From sequence record OX638291.1: DNA of 1,949 bases. One strand, 5' to 3'. The stretch comes from Escherichia phage vB_EcoP-CC2. The translations under genes were made by a program, and so were the position numbers. Shown in pieces: positions 1-1,949 of this stretch (positions are counted from its first letter, which is position 1; the number at the start of each line of letters is the position of its first letter). The notes below the pieces were generated by a model, which worked only from the letters and a program-made list of their open reading frames with translations, had not been told where the DNA came from and did not search any database.

Positions 1-127
1 ATTGGATCGTCCTTAAACTAACACCGAAATAATCAGCTAAGAATTTTTGGTCACATACAACAGCCCCACACGATTTATCTATATTTTGAGCAAAAAAAGA
101 ATATAGCCTAAATGCTCTGGGAACCTT
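1..127. repeat. Terminal direct repeat, left copy (identical to 1823..1949); consistent with a circular molecule or tandem multimer of period 1,822 bp
   Basis: Base-by-base comparison: 1..127 and 1823..1949 are identical over all 127 bp and both run to the window edges. A minus-strand reading frame continues in phase across the implied junction. Confidence 0.95.
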
Positions 128-289
128 CTCAGATATAGAGTCCAACATATTCCAGCCCGCCTTAGTAACCTGCGACCAGTCAGGTGGATTCAACCGATCT
201 CGTTTTTGCTTAGCACTTTTGGATTGATCTTGTGCCTGATGATCTCGCCGTTTTTGCTGTTCGAAATCTTCAAATTGCTGTTCCAGCAT
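1..289 (-). CDS. N-terminal part of the same junction-spanning gene (window-start copy); likely start ATG at 287..289; 1..127 duplicates 1823..1949
   Basis: Minus-strand frame with codons 287..289 down to 2..4 is open and in phase with 1947..1949 across the 1,822-bp period. ATG at 287..289 is preceded on the minus strand by 'AGGTAAGGATGCAAGT' (AAGGA Shine-Dalgarno-like, about 7 nt spacing). Unique part 128..289 encodes MLEQQFEDFEQQKRRDHQAQDQSKSAKQKRDRLNPPDWSQVTKAGWNMLDSISE. Joined product is about 177 aa. An alternative start at ATG 146..148 would give about 131 aa. Confidence 0.5.
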   Translation of the reverse strand, partial: MLEQQFEDFEQQKRRDHQAQDQSKSAKQKRDRLNPPDWSQVTKAGWNMLDSISEKVPRAFRLYSFFAQNIDKSCGAVVCDQKFLADYFGVSLRTIQ

Positions 290-307
290 ACTTGCATCCT
301 TACCTGC

Positions 308-403
308 AACGTTGTTTCGTACCTTACGAAATTTATATCGTACATTACGAAACAACACACGCAAACATGTTTGCGTATACACATGCAAATAACGTTTCGT
401 ATG
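308..403 (-). promoter_or_regulatory. Putative promoter/operator (possibly iteron-type oriV) region upstream of the Rep-like gene
   Basis: Seen directly: two 13-bp palindromic sites 'tcgtaccttacga' (317..329) and 'tcgtacattacga' (338..350), each embedded in a 15-bp direct repeat (317..331 and 338..352, one mismatch) spaced 21 bp apart; perfect 14-bp palindrome 'gcaaacatgtttgc' (361..374); inverted repeat 311..321 with 346..356; 'aacgtttcgta' (391..401) echoing 308..321; 8/9 match to DnaA box TTATNCACA at 375..383 ('gtatacaca'). Minus strand has a 'TATAAAT' -10-like element (complement of about 332..338). No convincing -35 found. Confidence 0.45.
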
Positions 404-409
404 TTGGTG

Positions 410-510
410 TCATAATGCTTTGATTTTTAAGAGAATGTCGATTTTTGCTCTAAAGATCTATCAAAGCACTTTTTTGCTACACAAGATTTAATTAGTTCAT
501 CGAACATTTG
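410..510. other. AT-rich intergenic tract, possible DNA-unwinding element of a vegetative origin
   Basis: Visibly AT-rich non-coding stretch between the repeat/operator cluster and the GC-rich module; contains two of four copies of the octamer 'tttttgct' (443..450, 471..478; others at 203..210 and 251..258). Functional role is inference only. Confidence 0.3.
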
Positions 511-600
511 GGGTGTCGGGGCGAAGCCCTGACCCAGTCACGTAGCGATAGCGGAGTGTATACTGGCTTACTCTTCTGCAAGCCTCTTCAGCCGTGATTT
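511..600. other. ColE1/pMB1-type bom (oriT)-like region with a candidate nic motif
   Basis: 'gggtgtcggggcgaagccctgacccagtcacgtagcgatagcggagtgtatactggcttact' closely resembles, from memory, the pBR322/ColE1 bom segment '...gggtgtcggggcgcagccatgacccagtcacgtagcgatagcggagtgtatactggcttaact...'. By analogy the nick would fall in 'ctgg/ctta' (about 566/567). Not verified by alignment. Confidence 0.5.
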
Positions 601-705
601 TGCCCGATTTCGCGCTCTCCACGTTCAACAGCTCGATCATGTTTTTGCAGTCCGTTCACCGCTAAAACGCCCCGCATCAGTGCGTACGTGCTCAATGTGG
701 TTTCC

Positions 706-772
706 GGTTCTCTTCCGCTTCCTCGCCCACTCGCTCACTAACGTTCGGTCGCTGGGGCTGCGGCGAGCGGTG
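706..772. other. Segment resembling the ColE1 primosome assembly site (pas/ssi) downstream of the ColE1 origin
   Basis: 'tctcttccgcttcctcgcccactcgctcactaacgttcggtcgctggggctgcggcgagcgg' parallels the pBR322/pUC backbone motif 'ctcttccgcttcctcgctcactgactcgctgcgctcggtcgttcggctgcggcgagcgg' (recalled). Functional assignment as a pas site is from general knowledge of ColE1 and is uncertain here. Confidence 0.35.
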
Positions 773-833
773 CCACCTCTCGCATGTTATCGGTGATTCC
801 GCTGTTGTTCTTTCGGGGATGAGTCGCCAGATA

Positions 834-864
834 GCTCTTCAAACGCTCTCAGAAGCTCTCAGAC
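834..864. repeat. Three tandem imperfect copies of a 10-11 bp unit (gctcttcaaac / gctctcagaa / gctctcagac)
   Basis: Read directly from the sequence; unit length is near one helical turn. Function unknown. Confidence 0.4.
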
Positions 865-1075
865 GCACGAAACGGGTTTTAAATGCCCATCAGGGCATGG
901 AAGGCGCGAAAAACGCTTACAGAGGGTTTTAGGAGGTCAGGCGCGCCGATACCCCTAACCAGGGGATTTCAGGTCGCCAGGAACCGCGTCAGCCCCCTGC
1001 AAAGCCCATTTGCACGGAATAGGCAGCCATGCGGTTGGTAGGTGGTCGTAGACCGTCGATGTTACAGCGACGGGG

Positions 1076-1130
1076 GTCTGGGGTTCTCCCCAGACGGTTT
1101 CCGGTTGCGCTCAAGGCGCTGCCGGAACCG
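1076..1130. other. Two adjacent GC-rich stem-loops (possible ssDNA or RNA structural element)
   Basis: Perfect 8-bp stem 'gtctgggg' (1076..1083) / 'ccccagac' (1088..1095) with loop 'ttct'; then an imperfect extended hairpin with arms 'cggtttccgg' (1095..1104) / 'ccggaaccg' (1122..1130) and inner 'gcgc'/'gcgc' stem. No U-tract follows on either strand, so not a canonical intrinsic terminator. Confidence 0.35.
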
Positions 1131-1277
1131 TGGCGGCTCGGTCGTTCTGGAAAACGGGGAGCAAAAAGACGCAAGGGATTTTGAGGCGGCAAAAGAGCAA
1201 TGCAGGATAGACAATCAACTAGAAATTGCATGCAATGTTCTGTGGATTGTCCGCCTACCGCTGGCTCTGTATGGCCA

Positions 1278-1565
1278 TCACTTTTTTCGATATTTATCTA
1301 ACTCAATTACAGGTGCAGGAATTTTTTTCTTCACACTTTTTTTTGGTTTTTGTATTTTTTCATTGTTGCTAACGACAAACATAATTTTCTTTCCATCTTC
1401 ATTGACAATATCAACGGGATTAAACTCCTTATCTTCACAATTCATATATAGATTTATTCCCATTGCATATTCGATATGATATTCATCAATTAACGAATCT
1501 ATTGATCTACATATTTCTAATTTTAGTTCTTCTAATTTCCAACGTGATTCATATTTAACTCTCAT
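1278..1565 (-). CDS. Hypothetical small protein (95 aa), function unknown; immediately downstream of the Rep-like gene on the same strand
   Basis: ORF track 1278..1565 (-), ATG start, TGA stop. Only 12 nt (1566..1577) separate it from the upstream stop, suggesting co-transcription or translational coupling. Weak SD-like 'TAGGT' about 9 nt upstream. Mixed acidic N-terminal half and Lys-rich C-terminal tail (KIQKPKKSVKKK...KYRKK). AT-rich like the upstream gene. I do not recognise the sequence. Confidence 0.5.
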   Translation of the reverse strand: MRVKYESRWKLEELKLEICRSIDSLIDEYHIEYAMGINLYMNCEDKEFNPVDIVNEDGKKIMFVVSNNEKIQKPKKSVKKKIPAPVIELDKYRKK

Positions 1566-1577
1566 AGCGCATCATAC

Positions 1578-1949
1578 CTAGTCCAAGTCATGATTAGATG
1601 TCTTAAGCGAGCCTTCAAACTCTTCTCTCCTAGAGAGCATGAGCCGCAACTTGCGATCAATAACGCCATCTTTTTGAGTTAATGTTTTTGCGTTAAACGC
1701 TGCATATTTTTTAGATTTATTATATCCGCGCCATACCTGATACGGATCTAACGCATAAGCATAATAGATACCTACTGGTATTTTCACGATGGCACCAATA
1801 CTTTCTAAATCTCCAATCCAATATTGGATCGTCCTTAAACTAACACCGAAATAATCAGCTAAGAATTTTTGGTCACATACAACAGCCCCACACGATTTAT
1901 CTATATTTTGAGCAAAAAAAGAATATAGCCTAAATGCTCTGGGAACCTT
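1578..1949 (-). CDS. C-terminal part of a junction-spanning gene for a putative replication-initiator-like HTH protein; 5' end truncated by the window edge and continues in 128..289
   Basis: The listed ORF 1578..1787 begins at an internal GTG; the same frame stays open upstream to the window end (manual translation ...KVPRAFRLYSFFAQNIDKSCGAVVCDQKFLADYFGVSLRTIQYWIGDLESIGAI-VKIPVGIYY...HDLD, stop TAG at 1578..1580). The motif 'QKFLADYFGVSLRTIQYWIGDLESIGAI' has the pattern of a (winged) helix-turn-helix as found in small plasmid/phage Rep proteins. Family assignment is inference; no search was run. Confidence 0.6.
   Translation of the reverse strand, partial: KVPRAFRLYSFFAQNIDKSCGAVVCDQKFLADYFGVSLRTIQYWIGDLESIGAIVKIPVGIYYAYALDPYQVWRGYNKSKKYAAFNAKTLTQKDGVIDRKLRLMLSRREEFEGSLKTSNHDLD
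1823..1949. repeat. Terminal direct repeat, right copy (identical to 1..127)
   Basis: Same comparison as for the left copy; offset between copies is exactly 1,822 bp. Confidence 0.95.

Noticed and set aside
190-384. Minus-strand ORF 190..384 (64 aa, Cys-rich)
   Set aside because: Out of frame with and overlapping the better-supported Rep-like reading frame and the palindromic operator region; no RBS; implausible composition.
206-423. Plus-strand ORFs 206..415 (69 aa) and 232..423 (63 aa)
   Set aside because: Antisense to the N-terminal coding and leader region of the Rep-like gene; hydrophobic, low-complexity translations; no convincing RBS; they overlap each other in different frames. Most likely shadow ORFs of the AT-rich sequence.
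203-478. Four copies of the octamer 'tttttgct' (203..210, 251..258, 443..450, 471..478) as possible iterons
   Set aside because: Short, irregularly spaced, and two copies fall inside the Rep-like coding sequence; in AT-rich DNA this recurrence may be chance or codon-driven. Kept only as a minor note under the AT-rich tract feature.
676-706. Possible Xer recombination (cer/dif-like) site suggested by 'agtgcgtacgt'
   Set aside because: Only the XerC-like arm (about 8/11 to GGTGCGTACAA) is present; no acceptable XerD arm (TTATGTTAAAT-like) at 6-8 bp spacing.
1029-1181. Short plus-strand ATG ORF (about 50 aa, Arg-rich) that could have been a Rom/Rop-like copy-control protein
   Set aside because: No resemblance to ColE1 Rom (a roughly 63-aa helical hairpin protein) as far as I can recall; Arg-rich low-complexity translation; overlaps the structured hairpins.
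989-1231. Minus-strand ORF 989..1231 (80 aa, Pro/Arg/Gly-rich)
   Set aside because: Lies wholly in the GC-rich ColE1-like non-coding module; its ATG sits inside a palindrome; no RBS; amino-acid composition typical of random translation of GC-rich DNA. Not excluded as a third operon gene, but unsupported.
1042-1479. Plus-strand ORF 1042..1479 (145 aa, GTG start)
   Set aside because: Runs from GC-rich non-coding DNA (through the stem-loops) into the antisense of the 95-aa ORF; composition switches mid-ORF from Arg/Gly-rich to Phe/Ile/Leu-rich, as expected for a spurious frame spanning two compositional domains.
1-1949. Rolling-circle replicon, CRISPR array, tRNA/rRNA, or insertion sequence
   Set aside because: No HUH motif pair or RC Rep signature in the Rep-like protein, and no recognisable dso nick sequence; no spaced identical repeats of CRISPR type; no cloverleaf-capable tRNA-like segments or rRNA-like conservation noticed; the only terminal repeats are direct, not inverted, and no transposase-sized ORF exists.

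Overview
The window appears to be one complete copy of a small circular replicon of about 1,822 bp, read through its junction: bases 1..127 are identical to 1823..1949. It has two compositionally distinct modules (judged by eye, not computed). (1) An AT-rich module carries two minus-strand genes in tandem. The first is a junction-spanning ORF (1578..1949 joined to 128..289, about 177 aa) with a helix-turn-helix motif typical of plasmid/phage replication initiators. The second is a 95-aa ORF (1278..1565) of unknown function, 12 nt downstream. Upstream of the first gene (about 308..403) is a dense array of palindromes and direct repeats (operator/iteron-like) followed by an AT-rich tract. (2) A GC-rich, apparently non-coding module (about 511..1190) resembles, from memory, the ColE1/pMB1 backbone: a bom/oriT-like segment, a primosome-assembly-site-like segment, and further ori-proximal remnants. 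No relaxase/mob gene, tRNA, rRNA, CRISPR array or IS element is visible. All homology statements are from recall and manual translation; none was checked by alignment or database search.
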